Below are positions 1 through 11,500 of a stretch of 35,675 bases of DNA, piece by piece. Source of the DNA: Macrostomum lignano (Eukaryota). The translations under genes and the position numbers were made by a program. Below the pieces are notes generated by a model that was not told the DNA's origin, did not search any database, and was given only the letters and a program-made list of their open reading frames with translations. Within the stretch, counting starts at the first letter, position 1. Each line of letters begins with the position of its first letter. Where the stretch lies: the NCBI GenBank assembly GCA_002269645.1, contig NIVC01000379.1:1-35675 (forward strand). The letters run 5' to 3'.

Positions 1-405
1 GCTAGCGCCTCCCCTCTGTAGCTAGCGCCTCCCGCTCTGTAGCTAGCGCCTCCCCTCTGTAGCTGGCGCCTCCCCTCTGTAGCTGGCGCCTCCCTCTGTA
101 GCTAGCGCCTCCCCTCTGTAGCTAGCGGCCTCCCCTCTGTAGCTAGCGCCTCCCCTCTGTAGCTAGCGCCTCCGCTCTGTAGCTAGCGCCCCCTCTGTAG
201 CTGGCGCTCCCCTCTGTAGCTGGCGCCGCCTCTGTAGCTGGCGCCTCCCTCTGCAGCTGGCGCCTCTTCTGTAGCTAGCGCCTGCCCTCTGCAGCTAGCG
301 CCTCCCATCTGTAGCTGGCGCCTCCCTCTGTAGCTAGCGCCTCCCCTCTGTAGCTGGCGCCCCCTCTGTAGCTGGCGCCCCTCTGGCAGCTGGCGTCCCT
401 CTGCA
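1..405 (+). repeat. ~20-bp GC-rich minisatellite (GCTAGCGCCTCCCCTCTGTA), truncated by the window start
   Basis: Tandem units visible directly; same array as 20085-20640. Confidence 0.95.
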
Positions 406-760
406 GATGTAGTTTCAGCAAAGAAACTGAAGCTATTTAATTTTTTTCACACCGGGGAAGGAGCCGAAAGTTTTTAAGAATTTCGCATAAAAAAGATCAA
501 AATCCCGCCCAGGAAATTTTGCGTGCATTTGTTAATTTTGCCTGCCTAATTGATGTTTTCGAAGCAATGACTGAACGACGTTACCGGGAAATATTCAAAG
601 TTTTTGTTTTCTGCATCCCTCGTTTTGGTTCTTGATTGAAACCGAAGTTGAAAAAAATTGTTTTAAAAAATTAGACAGCCGTTTTTAGGCTTTTTTGCTA
701 CGACTAGCTGAATGAATTGGAGGACAAATCCCTATTCAGTCAGGGAAAGGGATTACAGCC

Positions 761-3700
761 TGTGAGCCATTGATTTGCTATAGAGCGCCCACCCCATTTT
801 TCCGGCTCCGTACGTCAGCCGGCTTTCTCTCTCTAACTCTCGCCCCCTTATCTGTACTCGTAGTAAGCAAAGTGTACATTTACGACCACTACCGCACGCA
901 ATGCAGTAGCCGACTAAATATTAAATAAATAACATCGTCTCGCCCCCACTGTGGCTTTCGTACTTCTTCGTGCAACTGCCAAATCATGCATTAAACTCTT
1001 ACATGGCGTCGCAAGCCATAGCACTATCGCTACCTGGCACCTTCGATGCAGAAGGTGAGCCGCATACCATCGCACAAAAGTGGAAAAATTGGACTCGGCG
1101 CGCTTTGAGAGCTACCTTGTCGCGGCCGGCATCAAAGATGAAAATCAAGCTCAAGAAATCCTACTCTACTCAGCCGGCGAATTCATCCACTCGCTCGTCG
1201 AAGACAACAGCATTGCACGAGGCGAATCAGCCAAGAAACTAGCAGAAAACATTCAAAGCCACCTGGACAAGAAAAACAACATCGTCTTCCTACGATAAAT
1301 GTTTGAGACCTGCCGACAGCTAGAGGGCGAAGGAATCGATGCCTGGTATGTCCGACTGAAGAAACTGGCGGAGCCATGCAAGTTCGGCGACTTAAGCAAC
1401 TCGCTAATCCGGGACAAGATTGTGGCGTACTGCCGGTCTGAGAAAATGCGGCGCGATCTGCTCCAGTCAGGCGACATCAGCCTGGCTGACACGCTGACCA
1501 AGATCCGCGCCAGAGAAACAGCGGAGCGACAGGCGCAAGCAATGGAGCTCGGCAGCCGACCGGTGCCGGAGGACGTGGCAGCAGTGAGCAGCAGCGGCCG
1601 CGGCTCGAGAGCGGCAGACGGAAAGTCGCAGGTCACCTGCAACCGGTGCGGCAGACAAGGGCATGCTGAATGCGACACCGCCCGGGGCAAGTCCTGCAGG
1701 AAATGCGGCAAAATCGACAGTTCGCCCGTGCGTGCAGGTCCAGTAAGGCCGGCCAGCTCAACGCCTTCCGAGCGAGCAGGAGAACGTGACCTACCTGCTG
1801 ACAAAGACTCCGCTCCAGTCCAGGAGGGAATCTTCCACGTGGCCAGTGACCCGGCGTCAGCGAGAGTGACCGCTCAAATCGGCGGCACCTCCATGGACAT
1901 CCTTATCGACAGGCGGGGCCGGTTGCAACATCATGGACGTCAGCAGTTTCAATGGCCTGCCACACCGACCCCCACTGCAGCCAGCCAGCAGCCAGCTGTT
2001 TGCCTACGGAAGCTCGCACCCACTGAAGCTGGTCGGCAAGGTGACTCTGCTGTAAATGTTTTTGGTGTCTCCAGAGACGCGCCCTTTTTTATATTCGACG
2101 GCAGGGGCGCGACGGTCCTCGCAGAAAATCTGCAATCGAAATGGAGATCCTCCGTATCGGCCCGCCCAGCAGTCAGCCCGACACCCGAGGTTCTCGCCGT
2201 CCACCGATCAGAGGGCCTCATCGACCAACTGCTCAAAGGAAATCGACTAGCGGACGAAGACCTCCCTAAGCAACTGCAGCTGAGACACATCCTCACCAAG
2301 CACGCTCAGGTGTTCAGCGGCATCGGATGCGTCAAGAACTACACGGCAACGATCCACACTGACGGAGGACGCCAGGCCGGTCTGCCACGCGCCCTCAAGG
2401 GTTCCTGTCCACCTGGCCGCAGCGGTCGACAAGGAGCTCAAGCTGCTCGAGGACCTAGACATCATCGAGCCTGTCAACGGGCCGGCACCCTGGGTGGCTC
2501 GGATGGTCGTGGTGCCAAAGGCGCAGACCGGCGAAGTTCGAATCACCCAGGACCTCCGAGATGTCAACAGGTTTGTCATCAGGGAGCGACATCAAATCCC
2601 AACTTTCGAGGAGGTGACTGGGTGCATGGCAGGCGCCAAAGTCTTCTCGGAGCTGGATGTTGCCAAGGCTTTCTACCAGATCCTTGTGGCGGAAAGCTGC
2701 AGGAACCTGGCTGACCTTCTCGACACCAAGGGGGCTGCGACGGCTCAAGCGGTTGTGCATGGGCCTCTACACGGCTCAGGAAATCTTCCAAGTCGTCATG
2801 TCAGGCATCCTGGCTGGACTCGACAAGGTCAAGTGGATTCATGACGACATCGTTGTTTTCGGGAACTCCTTGGAGAGCACAACAGGAATCTGGCAGCATG
2901 CCTCGCCCGCCTCCAGCAGCACGGCGTCACGCTCAATCCCGGAAAGTGCAAGCTGGCCAGAGACAAGATCACATTCATGGGCATGCAGCTCTCAGCCAGT
3001 GGAGTGGCAGGCCCACCGAAGACAAGATCGAGACAGTCAAGGCATTCAAGGCTCCAGAGACCACCAGCCAGGTGAGGTCATTTCTAGGCCTTGTCAACTA
3101 CCTGGCTGTGTTCACATCGCAGCTGTCAAAAATCGCTGAGCCACTGCGGCGCCTGACGAAGAAAGGCGCGGTCTGGAGATGGAGCGAAGCTGAAGACGCC
3201 GCTTTCAAGCAGCTGAAACAGCAGATCACGGAAGCCGGCGCCCTTAGCTTCTTCGACGCAGAGACTGCGAACCGAGCTCATAGTCGACGCCGGTCCGAGA
3301 GGACTCGGAGCCATCTTGGCGCAGCGGCGAGAAGATGGCACTTCAAGACGAGTGGCCTATGCCAGCCGGTCGCTCTCCGATGTAGAGTCCAGATACTCAC
3401 AGATTGAAAAGGAGGCGCTGGCAGTGAAATTCGGATGTCTCCGATTCCAATACTACCTGCAGCGACGCAGCCTCGATTCGATGTGATCACGGACCACAAA
3501 CCGTTGGTCAACATGCTGGCGCCAGGGTCGAGGCCGCCTCCTAGAGTCGAGCGAATGGCTCTGCAGATTCAGCACATGAACTTCAAGGTGGTGTATCGCC
3601 CAGGGCCCAAGAATGCGGCAGACATCCTCAGCCGACAACCGCTAGCGACATCCGGGCACAACAAAGATGCACAGCAGAACTCCGCCAGCATCGGCGCGGT

Positions 3701-5517
3701 ACTGCAGGCCGCGGTGCCGAGAGCGCTCACGGTAGAGGACATCAGGCGGCACTCGCAGGCTGACCCGCTGATCAAAGCCGCAATCGCCGCCATCCAGGGA
3801 GCCAGGTGGGACCTCGGCCACCCGGAGCTGAGGTCACTGTATGCACTACGAGACGAGCTTGCTGAGGAGGACGGAGTGCTGCTTCGGCGGGACAGGATTG
3901 TGGTGCCAAGCAGCCTCCGGGAGACAATGTTGGCGCCTCGCACATGCCGGACACCTGGGACTGCGGAAGACACTGGCCAGGCTGAGCAGCAAAGTCTGGT
4001 GGCCAAAGATGAGCGCAGATGCGGACAAGGCCGTCAGCAGTTGCCGCAGCTGCATCATGACATCACATAAGCCGACAGTCAGTGCGACGCCACTGCAGTC
4101 GTCCAGCATCCCCAAGGGCGCCTGGCTGTCGATTGGCGCCGACTTCCTCGGTCCGGTGCAGAACAAGATGCTGCTCGTCTGCGTGGATCACTACTCCCGG
4201 TATCCCGAGGTGCAGGTCATGCAGTCTACTACAGCGGAGGCAGTCATCCGAAGCTGCGGGAATCATTCTGCAGGTTCGGCATCCCAGAGGAGCTCGTTAC
4301 GGACAATGGGCCTCCATTCTCGTCGGCGCAGTTCAAGGACTTCCTCAGGAGCTTCGGAATTCGACACCGGGCCATCACTCCGCTCTACCCTGCGGCCAAC
4401 GGCATGACCGAGCGCCTGAACAGATCGATCAACAAGGTCGTCCGCGCTGCAATCGCGGAGAGCAGGGACTGGCGCGAGGCTCTGGACGAGTGGATTCTGG
4501 CGTACCGGACGGCGCCGCACGCCACAACCGACGCGACGCACCGCGGAGCTGCTGATGGCCGCGCTTTGGGCAACGGCGTCCCCGGCCGGCGGCCTCCAGC
4601 GCGGGTGCGCATCAACGACAAGGAGCTGCGGGAGCACGACCGCAAGCAGAAGCTGACGATGAAGCGGCACGCCGACGCTGCTCGAAGACCAAGAGAGCAC
4701 AACTACGCGGTCGGCGACCAGGTGCTGCGGAAACGCGTCAACCGCGCTGAAGGGCCAAACCCCATTTGAGAGCGAGCCCTGGACTGTGACCAAAGTGCAA
4801 GGCAACTCGCTGCAGCTACGGCGCGGTCAGGCCACTTGTCGGCGACACTGCACGGCCCTGAAGGCGCTGCCACCGGAGCCCGACCTGGTGGAGCCGCAGG
4901 CGGCGGCACCGACGCTGCCGGCCCCGCCGACGTCGAGCAGAACGTGCCGATCGCCCACACTCCGCATCCGAGAGCGGCGAAGGAGGGATTCAAAGTCTAC
5001 ACTTGATTGAGGGGGGGGGTGATTTGATAGTCTTGAAATCCGTCGCAACTGTTTAAAAATGTTTGAAACTGTTAAATGTCTTTTGTAACCTTTTGCGTTT
5101 TTTTCGTTTCTCGAAATGCTTTTATTCCGGCTGCGTCCGTTGTTTTTTTTATTCAATGGTCAGCGGCAACCAATATTTTATTTCCCCTGCAATCGGTATG
5201 TCGTTCGAGTCTCCCCGCGCTTCGAATGCAAGCATCGAGTTTTCAAAAGTGATTTTCTTTTCTGCGTTGAGGAGAGATGTGAGCCATTGATTTGCTATAG
5301 AGCGCCCACCCCATTTTCCGGCTCCGTACGTCAGCCGGCTTTCTCTCTCTAACTCTCGCCCCCTTATCTGTACTCGTAGTAAGCAAAGTGTACATTTACG
5401 ACCACCACCCCACGCAATGCAGTAGCCGACTAAATATTAAATAAATAACATCGTCTCGCCCACTGTGGCTTTCGTACTTCTTCGTGCAACTGCCAAATCA
5501 TGCATTAAACTCTAACA
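761..5517 (+). mobile_element. Ty3/Gypsy (Mag-like) LTR retrotransposon, copy 1, in SLC5 intron 11, antisense to the host gene
   Basis: LTRs at 761-1003 and 5278-5517 (TGT...ACA). TSD CAGCC at 756-760 and 5518-5522. PBS-like TGGCGTCGCAAG at 1004-1015. PPT GAGGAGAGA at 5269-5277. Confidence 0.96.
1003..5006 (+). pseudogene. gag-pol of LTR element copy 1, broken by many 1-bp indels (probably mostly sequencing error)
   Basis: Fragments 1299-2714, 2494-2844, 3435-4070, 3841-4407 and 4404-4769 tile the protein encoded intact at 21530-25234. It shares the TAA at 1296-1298 with copy 2. Confidence 0.88.
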
Positions 5518-5556
5518 CAGCCCATAACTCTAGCAGTAGGCACAGCAGTCTCTTAC

Positions 5557-8500
5557 TAAACAGGCGGTTGATCCACGTAGCCTTAGCCTCGTAGCGTTCA
5601 GGCACCAGTAGGGCTTGAAAAAATCTTCCCATGTTGTGGCAGCCAGCGCGCTCAAGGATGACGATACCGAACTGCAACACAATGGCATCAGCAGCATTCA
5701 ATGCCTAATGTATAATGGGTGAAACTGAAAGGGAGAAAAAGCATTTAGTTTCAAGAGCTGCTCACACAAGAACCCTTCCTTACCTCAGGGCTCCGGCGAA
5801 TAGCGAAGCGATGAATAGGCCAGGAACCACTGGTATGCTGAGGTTTTCCATCACATAGAATGGAACGATCTGTACTGAAAAAACACACGCGATCATGTTA
5901 ATATGCTAAATACATATGCTCGTATATATTATGAAGTTTATTGTTGCTTTTGTATTAAAGACAGGGCTGTGTGCACCCTGGCGCACTTTAAGCGACATTG
6001 TCACACAACCGGCGAGAGGCATTACTGCCCATTCGCCGCCGACTCCCCTGAGCAGGCACACAAGCGCGCGATCCGTACGCAGTCATACGCATACACACAC
6101 TCACACACTCACATAAAAAAGGCTACGGCCCCCGCACATGTACCATGCCTAATAATCATAAAAAAGGCTACGCCCCGCACATGTACCATGCCTAAAAATC
6201 ATAAAAAAGGCTACGGCCCCCCCGCACATGTACCATGCCTAAAAATCATAAAAAAGGCTACGCCCCCCGCACATGTACCATGCCTAAAAATCATAAAAAA
6301 GGCTAAGGCCCCCCCCCGCACATGTACCATGCCTAAAAATCATAAAAAAGGCTACGGCCCCCCGCACATGTACCATGCCTAAAAATCATAAAAAAGGCTA
6401 CGGCCCCCCCGCACATGTACCATGCCTAAAAATCATAAAAAAGGCTACGGCCCCCCCGCACATGTACCATGCCTAAAAATCATAAAAAAGGCTACGGCCC
6501 CCCCCGCACATGTACCATGCCTAAAAATCATAAAAAAGGCTACAGCCCCCCCGCACATGTACGATGCCTAAAAATCATAAAAAATGGGACAACTCGACTC
6601 ATTTCAAGATTCGGGGCCAAAGCTCACATGTGAATTTCTGTTTAGATTTAACCAGTAGATGAATAAACTTAGAGCCCTGAGTCGATCTTGTGACAATGGT
6701 CCGTCTAGTGGTAATGAAAGTAAGAAAGTGGCCACTAGGGTTGGTCCAAAAATCAAAAATTTCTCTAGTTTCATACTGCTACATCTTCATTTCTATTTCT
6801 ATGTTGTATGCTTTTTCATCCCATATTTCTGTTGCCACCCAAAGCAGTTGAAGGTTTCAAACAACTGTAAACTTTGCTGAACTTTGCAGCATGCACTTCA
6901 GGTGCTGATTTTTCGTTTTCAGTCTTTACAGCACCAAATTCTGCCCAACGACAAATGGAGCAAGTAATCCTGTACAGTACGTGTGTTCTGTTCGATGCTG
7001 TTGTTGGTTCACTATAGTTGATCTGTATCTGTAAATTGCTCGACTTGCCCCCTGTGAACACTAAAGCCATGCAGTTATTTTCATAGTAAAAAAGCTAGCA
7101 TTGTTGGACCTGGTTCGAATCCTCGATCCAGCCAGCCGCGCTGGGTCGCAGGCGACGTTAGCGTAATATGCGAAAATGATCAGACCCGCCAGGCACGAGG
7201 ACACCACGAAGAATATGGCGCCGAGAGAGACCAGAACGACTGACCTGTGCACAGGGATTTTAAGTAAGTTTTGTTATATTTTGTACTTAAATCTAGTCTT
7301 TTTTTCTCCTATGCAAAAGCTTTACGTAAAGTTTACAAATTTAGCTCAAGGACCACTAGCAGTATAATCAAAGATGGTATAACTTTTTTGGGGCCAAAAA
7401 GATAAAGATGATGCGAGAGCACAGATTATTTTTTTCCTATTTCTGCAGTGTATTCTTTGACGTAAATTGGCCTTTAAAAAGTACACGATCTGTGAGTGTA
7501 GCGTCCTGGTATACTGCTAGTGGTCTATGATTAGCTGAAATTGATGTACAGCGGCCCGGACTTTCTAATCGTCAGGTTGTACACTTCACTGTGCCCTGGG
7601 GGTGGCTCTCAGAGCTGTGCATCGCACGACAACCAGGGCTAGGGCTAGGTGTCATAGCGCGACAGTCAGAGACGCTGGGCTGCTGTGCCCTTCCCGCTAC
7701 GCCTAGCCCATGTCTATGGCTCAAATCACAACACAATGAAGAAGTCATAAAATGGCCACATTTACAATTGAGCCTGTCGCATAGTTTTCACTGAGCAGTA
7801 CCGCTGCACGGAGGCTTGAGACACGCCGTATGTGCTGGAGTAGACGATGCCGTTGCCAACCACCAGACCCCAGACTGTGTGACGAACTCGGGGATCTAAG
7901 CTGAAGCTAAAAAATAATGAACAGAATGCGCATACGCTATAGAACAAGCGGCCCGCAAAGCCTCTCTATCCGGCCCTCGAGTCCTTTGAAACTTCACAAT
8001 AGCAATGCGGCCTGCTCAGGGTTTGAGTCTCTTCTCAGCTATTCCCTCTCCTCTGCTCTCCTCTCCTCTCCTCTCCTCTCCTCTCCTCTCCTCATCTCTC
8101 CTCTCCTCTCCTCTCCTCTGCTCTCCTCTCCTCTCCTCTCCTCTCCTCTCCTCTCTCTCTCTCCTCTCTCTCTCTCTCCTCTCCTCTCCTCATCTCTCCT
8201 CTCCTCTCTCTCTCCTCTCCTCTCCTCTCCTCTCTCTCCTCTCCTCTCCTCTCCTCATCTCTCCTCTCCTCTCCTCTCCTCTCCTCATCTCTCCTCTCCT
8301 CTCTCTCTCTCCTCTCCTCTCCTCTCCTCTCCTCTCCTCTCCTCTCTCTCTCCTCTCCTCTCCTCTCCTCATCTCTCTCTCCTCTCCTCTCCTCTCCTCT
8401 CCTCTCCTCTCCTCTCCTCTCCTCTCTCTCCTCTCCTCTCCTCTCCTCTCCTCTCCTCTCCTCTCCTCTCCTCTCCTCTCCTCTCCTCTCCTCTCCTCTC

Positions 8501-11500
8501 CTCTCCTCTCCTCTCCTCTCCTCTCCTCTCCTCTCCTCTCTCTCTCCTCTCCTCTCCTCTCCTCTCCTCTCCTCTCCTCTCCTCTCCTCTCCTCTCCTCT
8601 CCTCTCCTCTCCTCTCCTCTCCTCTCCTCTCCTCTCCTCTCTCTCCTCTCCTCTCCTCTCCTCTCCTCTCCTCTCCTCTCCTCTCCTCTCCTCTCCTCTC
8701 CTCTCCTCTCCTCTCCTCTCCTCTCCTCTCCTCTCCTCTCCTCTCCTCTCCTCTCCTCTCCTCTCCTCTCCTCTCCTCTCCTCTCCCTCATCTCCCCTCT
8801 CCTCTCCCCTCTCCTCTCCCCTAATATGCAATACGCAGTAAAAAGTAACTTTTTCAGATTTGACATCGACATACTTACAAAAACGACGTGTAGCACATTC
8901 CATACAATTGCCTGTATTGCCTTAGTAACCAGGGGGGGGGTCGGCACTGAGGGGACAGGGGGACATGTCCCCCACTTCAGTAAAAGCTGTGGGGTGGACA
9001 TACCTATGCTTTGCCCACCTACTCGTACCCACCTTGTTACCCTGCCAGCGGCACCAAATGAGTGCCTGCTGCCGTGCCAAAAACGACACCCCTTTTAGCG
9101 GCAGTAGTCAGCGCAACTGAAGTTTAAAAGGGACATTATTGAAACTCACTTGTCGAACTCGATGCGACCATATTTGTACGATATCTGCCACACATTTCCA
9201 ATGCCACCCAGGTCAATGAGTCCCTGCAACAGAAATTATAATTGTAAACTATGTAATAATACAAGATCAAGTTCAAGCATTTTGTTTGACTTTCGGGTAA
9301 GTAAACTTTTAACTTACCCGAATAATGATAGCCAAAATTCCTGCCGTCATCACAACCGATTGAAAAACATCAGTCCAGATCACAGCCTTGAGTCCGCCCT
9401 GATTGAAACGACACAAAGTGAACATTAGAACTTTTTGGAATAGCGGATTTACTAATAGTGATAATGTGCAACACATATTTACACTCTCTGCGGTGGGGGG
9501 AGAGGTTGCCCCTCATGGCTGTGAATCGCATGACAACAAAGAGTCTATTAAATCTTCTTTAAATCTTATTCGTCTGCGTCAGCTATTCATAAAAAATGTA
9601 GAATTACTTGTGTAGTCACTAACCCAGGCTGTGTAGAAAGTGCAGATCACACCGCTCACGGCGATTGACGCTTCAACAGGGATGGCACCGTTGGAAACTA
9701 AAAGTGTTTAACGGATTGCAAAATTATGAATGTCAATATCCATATGTCAATTAAGGTAACAAAAGTATAAGGCTACTACACATAGAAGACAGGGGAATGG
9801 CCGCCAACGAAGAGACAGGGGCGCCAAACGAGAGACAGGGGCGCCAACCGAAAGACAGGGGCGCCAACCGAGAGACTGGGGCGCCAACCGAGAGACAGGG
9901 GCGCCAACCGAGAGACAGGGGCGCCAACCGAGAGACAGGGGCGCCAACCAAGAGACAGGAGCGCCAACCGAGAGACAGGGGCGCCAACCGAGAGACAGGG
10001 GCGCCAACCGAGAGACAGGGGCGCCAACCGAGAGACAGGGGCGCCAACCGAGAGACAGGGGCGCCAACCGAGAGACAAGGGCGCCAACCGAGAGACAGGG
10101 GCGCCAACCGAGAGACAGGGGCGCCCTCCAAGAGACAGGAGGTGGCCCTCCAAAAGACAGGGGCGCCCTCCAAGACACAGGGGCGCCCAAGAGACAGGGG
10201 CGCCAACCGAAAGACAGGGGCGCCCTCCAAGAGACAGGGGGTGGTGGCCCTCCAAAAGACAGGGGCGCCCTCCAAGAGACAGGGGCGCCCCCCAAGAGAC
10301 AGTGGCGCCCACCAAAGCACCAAATAGTGGCGCCCTTAATGATTGCTACCCCCTACAATAAATAAAAGTTCCTGTGTACACGCCAGTTAAAAAGTCGAAA
10401 GGGTGAGATATTAGGACTTCAGTTCTATTAAGCTGAGAAATTACCATCAATTCCTACGCTATCAAGCTAATGCATTTTTTCAACGATAAACGACCTACAG
10501 CGAAATTTTGCCTAATTTGCAAGTGCAGCACCTGTATTGACTTAAACAGATGCCTGAATTTCACAATGCGACTTACCATACTGCAAGGCAGTGGCTGGAG
10601 CGTACAATGCAAGTCCCATGTAGATCACCTGTAAGTTTTTGTCAAATCAGATAAATCTATATCAGGTAATAAAGTGTACGTTTAAGAACACAGGCACCTA
10701 TAAGTTTTAGTAAAAGCCACTATATACTCACGTCACTAATTAGAAACAGGAAATTTCCCATCAGTCGAACAAGACGAGACTTGAATCTCAGCTCGAGATA
10801 CTGCAATGAAATTACGAGAATTCTTGATGAATTCTTGGCTAGAAAAACTCTTAACGACAGTCCCGTGACGTCAGCTACAGAAAACTCTTTACGACAGTCC
10901 CGTGACGTCAGCTACAGAAAACTCTTTACGACAGTCCCGTGACGTCAGCTACTGAAAACTCTTTACGACAGTCACGTGACGTCAGCTACTGAAAACTCTT
11001 TACGACAGTCCCGTGACGAAAGCTACAGAAAACTCTTTACGACAGTCCCGTGACGTCAGCTACAGAAAACTCTTTACGACAGTCCCGTGACGACAGTTAC
11101 TGAAAACTATTAACGACAGTCCCGTGACGTCAGCTACAGAAAACTCTTTACGACAGTCCCGTGACGGCAGCTACAGAAAACTCTTTACGACAGTCCTGTG
11201 ATGTTATAATTAAATATATTATAAGGTCTAACTTTTGTGAACTTTTTGCAGTCTTTAGCTCTGAAAGAGGAGATAAGAATAACAAAATAATAAACAGACT
11301 CAACTTCATGTGATCATAGAATAAGATTTATTCAAGTGGTTTAAAATTCAATTCATATTTCTCGAGTTTATAAGATTTTCTGCAGTTTGGGAAAACTGTC
11401 TGCGTTAGATCCTCTAGTTCCCATATATTTTTTTGATCTCTTTAATAAATGAATTTTTAGCCATAACTTCTTGTGGTTTCACCGCAATCGGCAAAGGCTA

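Noticed and set aside
7917-9098. Long ORFs of SPLL/ERRG repeats (also 28145-29287)
   Set aside because: Stop-free translation of the (CTCCT)n microsatellite inside intron 7.
9747-10327. Overlapping 170-190-aa ORFs in several frames (also 29973-30586)
   Set aside because: Products of the 20-bp minisatellite; the same applies to ORFs over 5903-6382, 12613-13140, 16435-16778, 18141-18748 and 20380-20658.
10842-11200. 37-bp repeats of CRISPR-like length with an internal palindrome
   Set aside because: Units are contiguous with no unique spacers, no cas genes are present, and the array lies in a spliceosomal intron.
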